This document shows positions 22,267 through 33,376 of a DNA stretch of 64,000 bases, in pieces. The stretch's first letter is position 1, and every line of letters starts with the position of its first letter. Both the position numbers and the translations under genes were made by a program. Origin of the DNA: Diplonema japonicum (Eukaryota > Protista > Euglenozoa: Diplonemea). Where the stretch lies: assembly GCA_964019335.1 (NCBI GenBank), contig OZ025703.1:248001-312000 (forward strand). Reading direction: 5' to 3'. A model generated the notes under the pieces. It searched no databases, had not been told where the DNA came from, and was given only the letters and a program-made list of their open reading frames with translations.

Positions 22267-22881
22267 TTTTTGTTGTTGTTGTTGTGTAGCACTCACGGTT
22301 CCAAAAAAAAAATGATGTCCTTTTCGCCACATGCTTTTTTTTTTTTTTTTTTATCAGAGATTTTCTTTCGGTATTAACGATAGGCAGTGCAGTTTGGTTT
22401 TTTTTTTTTTTTTTTTTCTTCCTTTACTTAAGCGGGGGGGGGGGGGGGGGGGGGGCTAAACCGACAAGCCTTATGTGGTCAGTCACTTTACATTTCCCCG
22501 TGACATTTCTGAAAATCCCGAAATCTGAAGCCTTCGCTCAAACAAAAAACAACAAAAAAAAAAAAGCACCTAACCAGAGGAAGCTTGTTCGTGAATCAAA
22601 AGTCTTACCTCAGGACAATTGTATTAATAAAAAAAAAAAAAGCATTTTTGTTCCTTTTTTTCTGTTTTCTTTTTTTTTCTTTGGTGCACACCAAGTTGTG
22701 ATCCAAAGGGACAAGGATATGGGGCAAAATTATGCGTTACAAATAAATAAATAAATAAATAAACTTGCTTTATTACACCATCACCAACCCCCCCCCTTTT
22801 TTTTCTTTCACATAACAAAATCTCATCGTAAAGAAAGAAAGAAAAAAAAGAGAAGGGGAAAAAAAAAATGCAGCCGTGTCG

Positions 22882-24314
22882 ATGGCCGACTACGATTTAC
22901 TTCTGTTAGATGCTTGGGCACAAGTAGGGCACCAGACAAAAACACTCACACAGCCCTCTGCCTTCTCCCGTCCCTTCAACGACGTTCATGTATCCCCGCT
23001 TCGTTATAAAGATGACCAGGACTCCTTACGGGAAGCGGCTGATGCTGTAAGGTACGCCGCCGTGGAACGGCACCACGTTCCAGGAAGCCAACCCAGGCTC
23101 CTGAGAGAAGCAGCAAACTCACTCAGAGAAATGGACTCTCCACGTTCCTTAGAACCGCCTGAAGCCGTCCCACCCTCCACAACAACTACTGGGCACACTG
23201 GAAACTCCACTGGGAACATACAAACAGTATGCGACTTGCTAGTTTCCTCCCGACTGGAGACGAACGAGCTCAACAGGGAAAAGGAAAGCCTGCACAGAAA
23301 AATCTCGGAACTCGAGGCGAGGCTCAAGGAACTAGAGGAAGCACCCCCCAGGGAAATCGTCAGAGAAGTCATCGTAGAGATCCCCGTGGAAAGGGTGGTC
23401 GAAGTACCTGTGGAACGAATCGTGGAAATTGAAAAAAGAGTAGAAGTAGAGGTCGAGGTCGAGGTGGAGAAAATCGTTGAAGTAGAAAAAATCGTCGAGG
23501 TCGAGGTAGAAAAAATCGTTGAAGTGGAAAAAATCGTCGAGGTGGAAAAAAAAGTAGAGGTGGAGGTAGAAGTGGAGAAGGAAATCATAGTCGAAAAAAT
23601 CGTGAAAGTTCCTGTAGAGGTCCAGGTGGAGAAGATCGTACGGGTGCCGACGGAGAAGGTTGTGGAGCGGGTCATCGTGAAGGAGGTTCCTGTTGAAAAA
23701 ATCGTCGACAGGGTTGTGGAAATACCTGTTGACAAGATCATCATCCAAGAAAGGATCGTGGAGGTGCCTGTGGAGCGGATAGTCGAAAAAACCATTGAAA
23801 TTGAAGTTCCTGTGGAAAAAAGGGTTGAGATACCTGTCCTCTGTTTGGAAGGCCGTGAGTCACCCCCAGCACCACCATCTAACAAGTTGTATCAGTCACC
23901 CACACCCCCTACAACAGTGCCCTACAGGTCCCGGCTTGCCCCTGCACCCCCTACCCTTTCGCCTATGCCTTCTTCGTTTGCGTTTACTCAGAACTCTTCT
24001 ATCGCCTGCACAGAGGAAGAGGTGGGTAACCATCATCACTTCCCGTCTCCGAGGACATCGCCGGTTCCTTTAACCTCACCTGTTGTTTCTGCGGTGCCTG
24101 TCGTGTCTGGGGGGAACATGAACTCTGAGGAAAAGCGGATTTCCCCAAGGAGGACGCTGGACAGTGGGGTTGGCGGTACTGGTCATACTACGTTTGCTGA
24201 ACAGGTATTATTATTATTTAAAAAAAAAAAAAAAAAAATACAAAGGCAAACGCGTTGCTCATGAGGATTCAAGACACGCAGAAGGTGTACCTCTCCAGAA
24301 GGTTCGCGAAATGA
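22882..24314 (+). CDS. Articulin/epiplasmin-like VPV-repeat cytoskeletal protein (exons 22882-24204, 24246-24314)
   Basis: EVPVERIVE/VEKIVEVE repeats after a coiled coil; a 41-nt GT-AG intron gives C-terminus ANALLMRIQDTQKVYLSRRFAK*. Confidence 0.8.
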
Positions 24315-24399
24315 TGGTTTTTGCTGCTTCGATCCGAAAGAAATTGGAACCAGAGTGTCCCCAGAAAGGGTGGCCGGTTATTTTTTTTTTTTTTTTTTT

Positions 24400-25142
24400 A
24401 TATAACTCGAGCCGGGTTTTCAAGGGTGGGAGTAAAAATAAAATTTTACTTTATGTCACTCCTAGCTTTATTTTCACTCCCAGTTTACCTTGAAATTAGG
24501 CCCAGGAGTGAAATAATGTTCGAGCGTGAAATAATGTAACATTATTTCACTCCTGGGCCTAATTTCGCCTATTCCACCTAGGTTTAGGGCAAGTTACAGC
24601 AAGATCAACGCCATCATTCAACGAAACTTGGGTAAAAAAATGCAGAGCTTTCCCAGGGTTGCACTTCTTTTGAAGAAGGCCATGAGGTGAAAAAAAGCTT
24701 CAGTGTTTAGTCAGGAACAAATGAAGGAGTATCTGGCAATGAAATTCAGCGACCCCTACAACATAGTGCGTCTGGCATATGCAGCTTGCATGTTTGCAAG
24801 CGGGACGAGGACAAAGAGTTGCACAACTGAAATTGAGCGACGTTGTATCTCCCACCCTGTAACCCAAATCCCACTTTTCACTTGTTGTAACCCTGTAACC
24901 TCCCACCCTTTCAAACCCGGCTCTTGTTAAATAAAACAACGTATTAGTGAAAATAAGAACATTATTCCACTTGTGGTGGCAGGTTTAACTCGTAGCTTTT
25001 TACTTCACGAGCGCAGCGAGTGAAGTAAACGGGATATTAGTTCACGAGCGAAGCGAGTGAACCAAGATCCCTACTCGTTAAACCCCCTGCCACCACGCGT
25101 GAAATAATGCTATCTTATTTTCACTTAATAAATAGCTATTTT
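24400..25142 (+). mobile_element. Terminal-palindrome non-coding element, type A copy 2
   Basis: Same ends and architecture as 21562-22266, with a different internal segment. Confidence 0.8.
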
Positions 25143-25484
25143 TTTTTTAGATTTTCAGTTGAAAACAAACTTTTTTTTTTGTAGATTCCCTTAGTCCCTT
25201 TGTATTTTGTTTTTAAACGGTATTGTTTTTTTTTTTTTTTTAAGTATTGTCTTTGCTAAAGAAAAGAGTAGTGGTAATTTTTTTGGTTAACCTTCGCAGG
25301 TCACACAAACAACAAATGCCGACTCTCGTGAGAAAAACTACAAAACAAACGGTTACGCGAATTCGTATTTTTTCCACCAAACCCTTTTTTTAAAAAAACC
25401 TTTCTTGACGATACGGTAATTTGAACATTTTCCTGGAAATTTATAGGGGGAAAAAAAAATAGGACTATCAAAAAAAAAAAAAAA

Positions 25485-25886
25485 ATGGCCACCGCTATCA
25501 CCGACGCCAGGAACGTGCTCCTTGAACAGACCAAGCCTGGTACGCACGCTGACCACGAGTCCAACGCCAAGGCCGCGCAGGCCATCACCGTTGCCAGGTA
25601 CGCCGCCTTCGCTGCTGACGGGAAGGTCCTCCCCGAGGTGTACCCCCCTCCTCTCGCTGGTGACGGTGCTGATGTGTACACGATGGCTGACGAGGCAGGT
25701 GAGGGTGCCGTGACCTACAAGGAGTTCTCGAAGTTCGTCGGCCGCAACCAGAACCTGAAGAACAGGTTGAGGGAGGGCTGGGAGTTCTTCTGCGGGCACT
25801 TCTCCATCGAGAACCTCGAGGACTGCCCCAAGGAGAAGTTCATGGAGATCTGGGCTGCCGCCGCCGCCAAGAGGACCGACGCGTGA
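25485..25886 (+). CDS. Small EF-hand-like protein, copy 1
   Basis: 133 aa, high GC3; DEAGEGAVTYKEF resembles an EF-hand loop; duplicated at 28982. Confidence 0.8.
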   Translation: MATAITDARNVLLEQTKPGTHADHESNAKAAQAITVARYAAFAADGKVLPEVYPPPLAGDGADVYTMADEAGEGAVTYKEFSKFVGRNQNLKNRLREGWEFFCGHFSIENLEDCPKEKFMEIWAAAAAKRTDA

Positions 25887-25963
25887 ATAAAGTTTTCTTA
25901 CCCCCACCCGGAAAGCTTCTATATGACTACCCCCCTCTCCCCACCAACGATTCTTTTGATTCT

Positions 25964-26001
<38 letters not shown>

Positions 26002-26286
26002 TTCCTCTGACTTGGTCAGTGTTTATTTTTTTTTTTTTGTCAGGTTGCAATTTCTTTTTTTTTTCCTGGAAGTTTAGAAGAGAAAATAAAAAGGAAAAAA
26101 AAAAAAAAAAAAAAAAAGAGGGTGAAAGGAATAGGGTTGTTGTTGCTTTTGCTTTTTTTTTTTTTTTTTTTTTTTTTTTTTCCTCTTCTTCTTCTTCTTT
26201 TTTCTTATTTCTTTTCTTTTGAATCAGTTTATTCTTCTTTTTTTATTACTATTACTAAGTATTATTGTGGACAACAGCCGGAGGGG

Positions 26287-26780
26287 GGGGGGGTCACATG
26301 GTAGTGGTAAAACGGGTTTTTTTCAATTTCGCCAGTGCAGAGTACTGGTGCCACCACACCCCTTTTTGACCAAATAATCGATTTCCGATTCTGGGCACAT
26401 TTGGGCACCTGCAGGGAATTATTTTGCATTTTTAAAAGTGGCCACGGTTTGGTACCTGGCCTGTTGTCTCTCTTGAATCTTTTGAAATTTTCTGAAAAAA
26501 CTTAAGTATTTGTCATGGTTTATACCTCCCTTTGAACGCGGCTCTTTAGGACGCCGCTACCGTTTGAACGGCAGAGTACAGTCTTGCGTTGTAGGATTGT
26601 GAACTTTTCCGTGTTTTGCGCAGCATTTCTGATGAATATCTATCATTTTCCCGAGGTTAGGATGGTAAGTTTGTTTCTGCAAAGATTTCAGGTACCAAAC
26701 CGTGGTCACTGTTTTCAAAAATACAAATAAAGCATTAACAAGCGCTCAGAAGTGCCCTAATCCGGCGGATTTCGATTTTT
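26287..26780. mobile_element. Fold-back (MITE-like) element; homolog begins near 18849
   Basis: Shared start ggggtcacatggtagt...cccctttttgaccaaa..tcgatttccg; ~85-bp internal inverted repeat at 26375-26459 and 26689-26780. Confidence 0.6.
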
Positions 26781-26800
26781 TTTTTCTTCCTTTTTTTTTT

Positions 26801-28653
26801 TATTTCACTCTTCGTCATTTTCTTCACTCACTAGGGGGCCTCATAATTTAACGCGAAAAATCGCCATAATTTAACTACTGTAAAACGAATAATGTCGGAC
26901 GGAAAAATTCTCGGACGGAAAAACTCCCGGACACCAAAAAAACCCGGACATTTTTCCGTCCGGAGTTTTTCTGGGAAGAAGTTTTTTACTTAAGGGGGGT
27001 AGCAGCTCCCACCACGTTTGCCTGGAAGGGCTTTATTCCTTGTGCAGAGCCAAAATGTCACCCTGCGTGGCAGTTTGAATTTTTCTTCCCCTTTCAATGC
27101 ACCAACAAACAGCACCCACGGGATCTTTAACTTCTCATAAACCCGTACTTCTTTCGTCAGATTGACCAGTTCGACTACCCAAGGCACGTTGAGCAGCTGG
27201 CTTGTGAGGGGCCCAACTTTGGTGCTGACACCCCCGGCCAGCTCACCCCCGAGATAAACTCCTTACACCGGGCCAGTACAAACCCCCGAAAGCAGCTTGG
27301 CGGCCTCTGCCTCGGTCAGAAGACGGCAGCAACAGGTTCAACAGAGCCCCCGGTTTCTTCCAGACGGAAATACTGGACGTTGCTATTCCACCCTACCACA
27401 CCCTGGCCGCCGCGACGCCGTGATAGCTGCGTATCGCCCAATACGGGATTTAGCATCCTTCGGGGGCTGAAAGATTTTTGCTTGAGTCGATAGGTAAACG
27501 GGCTTGGTGAGCCTATCCCAGCACAACAAATATGCACCTATGCAGAAGGGCTGCTGTGCGCCAATCCAGCCCGAAAGACAGACCTGGTAGACTTTGGTGG
27601 GGCACTGTCCTTTTCCACTGGCTAGGCTGACAAAATTTTGCAGCAAGAAAGACAAAAGCCGCAAGCCACCTCCGGAAAGCCCGGAAACGAGAAGGACAAC
27701 GAGAAGGCACGCTGTTTCACCATGGAATTCAGGTCCATAATCGACACCCATAAAGTAAGGCCGGAATTGGTCTGGAATACGGGGTTAAAAACCAAAACAA
27801 AAAGGGGTGCTAAGGTCGTAAAAGTCCGTGGCTTGGGGGACAAAACGGGCTATAACCGAACAGCTGGCTGTTTCCTTGGCTGGATGGTTAAATACAAAGG
27901 CAAAGCGGAAACGCAACCGGCAGGGATTATCCGTGCCCCGGTCAAGCACCCGCCCACCGAATGGAGCCTAACGGCATCGCCCAATCATTGGGCTAATTAT
28001 GATACTCGGTATCTGGGTTACGGAGCTGTTTCTTCCTTTTTGCTATAAATCATCAATTCCCATGGTTTTGCCGAACGGGCCGATTCTGCTGCTTGTCGGC
28101 GACCACAACTCTCACACGACCTATGCCTATGGGTTCGTAGAGTGGTTCGCAGGCGCAAACGTGCACATTGCTTTTGTCCCCCTGGGCTCACCTACATGGT
28201 TCAACCGATGGATATTGGGTTGAACGCAGCTGTAAAGCATCTATTAAGAAAGGTAGTAGGCCACACGAAGGCTCGACAAGCTTAATTGCCTCAGGGGCAG
28301 CAAGGGAGGACAAAGATGCAGAAAGGGAACCCTGGGGGTTTCTTCGCGCGGTTGCCGTTTGCAGCCCTGGCCAGTATGTAGGTGGTAGTGGACCAGGCCC
28401 CCTGACGGCCTTACCTAAAAAAAATTCCCGGACGGAAAAATTCCCGGACGCCAAAAAAACTCGGACATTTTTCCGTCCGGGAGTTTTTCGTTTTACAGTA
28501 GTTAAATTATGAGATTTTCGAGTTAAATTATGGGGCTTCAGAGTGAAAAAAATGGGTCTTGTCGTGGAAAAAAATGTACCCAACCCCTTGAATTTTTTTT
28601 CGGGAACTCGAGTTAAATAATGACTCATAATTTGTTGGCAATAAATAGCTATT
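26801..28653 (+). mobile_element. Terminal-palindrome element type B copy 1, interrupted by a pogo-like insertion and internally deleted
   Basis: 26801-26877 and 28501-28653 match the two ends of 34970-35541. Confidence 0.8.
26878..28498 (+). mobile_element. pogo/Tigger-like (DDE_1) Tc1-mariner superfamily transposon with decayed transposase
   Basis: TIR ctgtaaaacgaa...ttcgttttacag; TA duplication confirmed by the empty site tttaacTAgttaaa near 35083; frameshifted LLLVGDHNSH...HIAFVP/GLTYMVQPMDIGLNAAVK near 28060-28240. Confidence 0.88.
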
Positions 28654-28981
28654 TTTTTTTTTTTTTTTTTTTTTCACTTTACCACGTTTTTAAGGGGCAT
28701 CTGATTAGCCCCTGGGGGGTCACCACCTAGCAATCTGTTTTAACACACACACCACTGAAGGGTTTATATACCCAACCTTTGAAGGGTGATGAAGTCGACC
28801 CCTCTTTCTGCCCCCCTTTCTTTTACTGAAAACGCGTGATGTAGGTAGCTTGTTGTGGGATGGGCTGCAAGTGTTGGGTTTCCTTCCTTCTGACCGCGTC
28901 TTTGGTGAGAGGCAGATGGGGAGAAGGGGGAAAAAAAGGAGAAAAAGACCACCACAGCGACATCACAAACCTCTAAACAAA

Positions 28982-29383
28982 ATGGCCACCGCTATCACCG
29001 ACGCCAGGAACGTGCTCCTTGAACAGACCAAGCCTGGTACGCACGCTGACCACGAGTCCAACGCCAAGGCCGCGCAGGCCATCACCGTTGCCAGGTACGC
29101 CGCCTTCGCTGCTGACGGGAAGGTCCTCCCCGAGGTGTACCCCCCTCCTCTCGCTGGTGACGGTGCTGATGTGTACACGATGGCTGACGAGGCAGGTGAG
29201 GGTGCCGTGACCTACAAGGAGTTCTCGAAGTTCGTCGGCCGCAACCAGAACCTGAAGAACAGGTTGAGGGAGGGCTGGGAGTTCTTCTGCGGGCACTTCT
29301 CCATCGAGAACCTCGAGGACTGCCCCAAGGAGAAGTTCATGGAGATCTGGGCTGCCGCCGCCGCCAAGAGGACCGACGCGTAA
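28982..29383 (+). CDS. Small EF-hand-like protein, copy 2
   Basis: Protein identical to copy 1; stop is TAA rather than TGA; flanks unrelated. Confidence 0.8.
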   Translation: MATAITDARNVLLEQTKPGTHADHESNAKAAQAITVARYAAFAADGKVLPEVYPPPLAGDGADVYTMADEAGEGAVTYKEFSKFVGRNQNLKNRLREGWEFFCGHFSIENLEDCPKEKFMEIWAAAAAKRTDA

Positions 29384-29637
29384 GCACCGACCCCTACTGC
29401 ACTACGTGTCGTTCATGTGTCCGTCTCGCCCCCACCTCTCTTGCCGTGAAGGGGGCTTGTGACGTGATGCAGAAGACAGCGGCGTGTTCATCATAATAAA
29501 AAAAAAAGAGAAAAAAAAAAACACCTTTCCCACCCTCCCTTTTTTTTTTTTACCCCCCTCTTTTTATAGTTTTTTTTTTTCCGGCTCCTGTTCTGCTTTA
29601 AAAAAAAAAAAATTCTGCAGTTGCAGGCTTTCTGACG

Positions 29638-32385
29638 ATGACCGACGCCAAAGATGGGCAAGCGAGCCCTAAGAAGAAGGTCGTGAAGAAGGTGGTGAAG
29701 AGGGTTGTGAAGAAGGTGGCAAAGAAGGATGGCGATGGGCTTGTTTCGTCGATCACGAACAAGTTCGAGGAAGGAGCCACTAAGTCGCCCTCCACAGCCC
29801 CGTCCACGCCTCCCACAGAGGAGGGCGCCGCATCGCCGCAGATCAACGTGAAGGCCTTCGCCAACACCTTGGACAGTGTTGAGGTATGTACACCACTACC
29901 TACCTACCCCTACCCCTACCCTACCCTTACCCTTACCCCCACCAGGCTGGAGAAACCTCCGAAATCGAACTTAAGAAGCACGTCGTTGAGAACGATGGTT
30001 CTCCCGCCGCCAACGGCCGTGAGGTCGAAATCGATCATGAAGCCGAAAAAGCCGAAAAGGAAAAAGAACTGCAGAAGATCGCTGAGCTTGAGGAAGTCAA
30101 GGTAAGATGCTTTAAAAGGGGGGAAAAAAGGGGGGGAAACAGGCACAAAGAAGAGAAGCCAAGGCAGCAGAAGAAGCCAGAATCAAAGCCGAAGAAGAAG
30201 AAGCCGCTAGAAAGAAAGTCGAAGAAGAGGAGGCTGCTAGGATAAAGGCTGAAGAAGAGGAAGCTGCTAGGAAGAAGGCTGAAGAAGAAGAAGCGGCAAA
30301 GAAGAAGGCAGAAGAGGAAGAGGAGGCCGCCAGGATAAAGAAGGAGGAAGAGGAGGCTGCCAGGAAGAAGGAAGAGGAAGAGGCAGAGGCTGCCAGGATA
30401 AAGGCCGAAGAAGAAGAAGCCGCCAGGAAGAAGGTGGAGGAAGAGGAGGCTGCCAGGAAGAAGGCGGAGGAGGAGGCAGAGGCTGCCAAAATAAAGGCCG
30501 AAGAAGAAGCTGCTGTCAAGAAGGCCGAGGAGGAGGAAGCTGCCAGGAAGGCTGAGGAGGAAGCTGCCAGGATAAAGGCCGAAGAGGAAGAGGCTGTCAG
30601 AAAGGCCGAAGAAGAAGAAGCCGCCAGGAAGGCCGAGGAGGAAAAAGAGGCTGCCAGGAAGAAGGCTGAGGAGGAGGCTGCTAAGATTAAAGCCGAAGAG
30701 GAGGAAGCTGCCAGGATTAAAGCCGAAGAGGAGGAAGCTGCCAGGATTAAAGCCGAAGAGGAGGAAGCTGCCAGGGTTAAAGCCGAAGAAGAGGAAGCTG
30801 CTAGGATTAAAGCCGAAGAAGAGGAAGCTGCCAGGGTTAAAGCCGAAGAGGAGGAGGCTGCCAGGGTTAAAGCCGAAGAAGAGGAAGCTGCTAGGATTAA
30901 AGCCGAAGAGGAAGCTGCCACCAAGAAGGCCGAAGAAGAAGAGGCTGCTAGGGTTAAGGCCGAGGAGGAGGAAGCCGCCAGAATTAAAGCCGAAGAAGAG
31001 GAAGCCGCACGGAAAGTCGAAGAGGAGGCAGAAGCCCAAAGAATAAAGGCTGAAGAGGAAGCAAGGAAACAGGCCGAAGAAGAAGAGGCTGCAAGGAAGG
31101 CTGAAGAGGAAGAAGCCGCCCGCAAGAAGGCCGAAGAAGAAGCAGAAATCGCAAGGGTACAGGCTGAAGAGGAGGAAGCTGCCAGAAAGCAAGCTGAAGA
31201 AGAAGAAGCTGCAAGAAAGGCTATCGAAGAGGAAGCAGCAAAGAAGGCTGAAGAAGAAGAGGCAGCAAAGAAGGCCGAAGAAGACATGGAAGCAATGGAG
31301 GAAAAGGTATATTCAAACAAAAAAAAAACACACAAACCAGGAGAGGCAAGAGAGGGCAGAGGCAAGGCGCTTGAAACAGGAAGAGTTGAGGAAGGAACAG
31401 AAGGAAAAGCTGAGGCAGCGGGATCTCGAGAGGAAGAGACAAGAAGAAATAGCCAAGGAACAGAAAAAAGAGGAGCAGATCCAGAAAATGAAACTGGAGC
31501 AGGAAAAGAGGGAAATCATCGAAAAGAAGAAGAAGGAGGAAGCCGAGAGGAAGCTCGAGGAAGAACGTCAGAAAAAGTTGAGGCTGGAGGAAGATGAACG
31601 GAAACTCGAGAAGGCCAAGAAGAGATGCGAGGAGTTGAAGAAGGACAAAGCTGAGGCCAACAAAAAGGAAAGCGAGAGGCGCACATCTCTCAGAGAGGAA
31701 GAAAGGAGGAAGGAAAACGAAGCAATTAAAAAGGCTTCACAGAAGGAAAGGGATGAGAGACTCGCCAGGGAGAAGAAAAGCAAGGAGGACGAAGCCCGCA
31801 GGATAGAGGCAGCCAAGAAAGATGAGATCGATGCCAGGAAGAGAGAAGAGCAGATGCTGAAAAACCAAGCCAAGGCCGACAAGCTCGCAGAAGAGCAAAT
31901 GAGGGCGAAGGAAGAGAAACTCAGAAAACAAGAAGCAGACGCTGCAAAGGAGGCCGCAGCTAACGCGTATGGAAAGAAAAACTCAGGGGAAGAAGAAAAA
32001 AAAACAAAAAAAAACATTTCCCCCTTAACAGGAAGAAGCACAGGGAGGAGAGGGAGAGGAGAAGGTCCTCAGCAAAGACCGCGCCTGTGGAAGTCCCTAC
32101 TGATGTATGTGGTTTTTTTTTTTTTTTTTTTTGAATGGGGAAAAAAAATATTACAGTTCATCACTACTACCGGATCCCCGAAGAAGCAGGTTGCCCCGAG
32201 ACCGAGCTCCAGAAAGGCAAAGCCTGTAAAGGAAATTGCACACAAGGAGACTACCAGCGTTCAAGACTTCCAGAAATTCATGATAATGGTGTGTGGAGGA
32301 GGGGAATTTAAAAAAAAAAAAAAAAAAAAAGGGTGTTGGTGTATTCGTTGTTGTGTCCCTTGTTCTGTTCCTGCTGGCGAACTAA
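29638..32385 (+). CDS. Tail-anchored coiled-coil protein with KAEEEEAAR repeats; 7 exons (29638-29883, 29946-30101, 30143-31306, 31341-31966, 32032-32104, 32157-32288, 32332-32385)
   Basis: Six GT-AG introns of 62, 41, 34, 65, 52 and 43 nt join the track ORFs in frame; ends with hydrophobic [21 protein letters not shown]. Confidence 0.78.
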
Positions 32386-32604
32386 GCCATCTTCTGAGGG
32401 TCGAAGTTGAGTAAACAGTGTGAAATTATGGGGGGGGATTGGGGGAAAAAAATGGGTTTTTCTTTTGAATAAGACTGGGCTCCCCCCGTCGGGAGCAAAA
32501 AAAAAAAAAAAAAAATTCTTTATAAGGAGAGAGGAGGGGGGGAAAAGTGTATTTTGACATAACAGAAGCTGTTTCTCATTTTATTTCTCCCTTTTTTTTT
32601 TTTT

Positions 32605-32635
<31 letters not shown>

Positions 32636-33065
32636 ACTGGGGCAAAAAAAAAAAAAAAAAAAAAACTACTAAAAAAAAAAAAAAAGCAAAAAAGAGGAAG
32701 ATGAAAAAGGAGGGAAAAAAAAATGTTGGGAAAATATTTTTTTTTTTATCCATTTGATTCACAGTCCGTGCTTAATACCCCACAACTTTATGCCTTCCTC
32801 CCCTCCCTTCGCTGACGCTCAAAGCACAGTTTCACTCACCTTTCTCTGTGCATTCGTGCTGACACGAAACTTTTTTTTTTCCTCTCTCCCTCCTTCTCTC
32901 TCTCTCTCCCTTATTTACTTTGTGTACCCCCTCTTTTTTTTTTTTTTTTTTATTATTATCGTTTTCATCCCCCATCCCACCCCTATTTCCTCACTCGATG
33001 AAAAAAAAAAAAAAAAAAGAAGTATGAAAATAGTTTTTTTTTCTCTTAATCCCCTCCTCCACGCA

Positions 33066-33099
<34 letters not shown>

Positions 33100-33376
33100 C
33101 TTTTCTCCCCCTCCTCGCGCAAAAAAAAAAAAAAAAAAAAAAAAAAACGGAAGAAAAAAAAAATTGAATAGGGGAAACAATGAAGGAAAAAAAAAAAGCG
33201 AGCGAACAAAAAAAAAAGGGGGGGAAATTCTTTGTTTTTGATTTTTTTTTTTCTCCTCCACTTTCTTTTTTTTTTTTTTTTTTTTGAATAAAATCACAAA
33301 ACACAAACAAACCTCACAAAAAAAAAAAACAGGGGGGGGAGAGTGTGGGGGGTGGGGGAAAAAAAAAGGAAAAAAA

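Noticed and set aside
29895-29941. Interstitial telomere
   Set aside because: Units are TACCCC/TACCCT variants, not clean CCCTAA.
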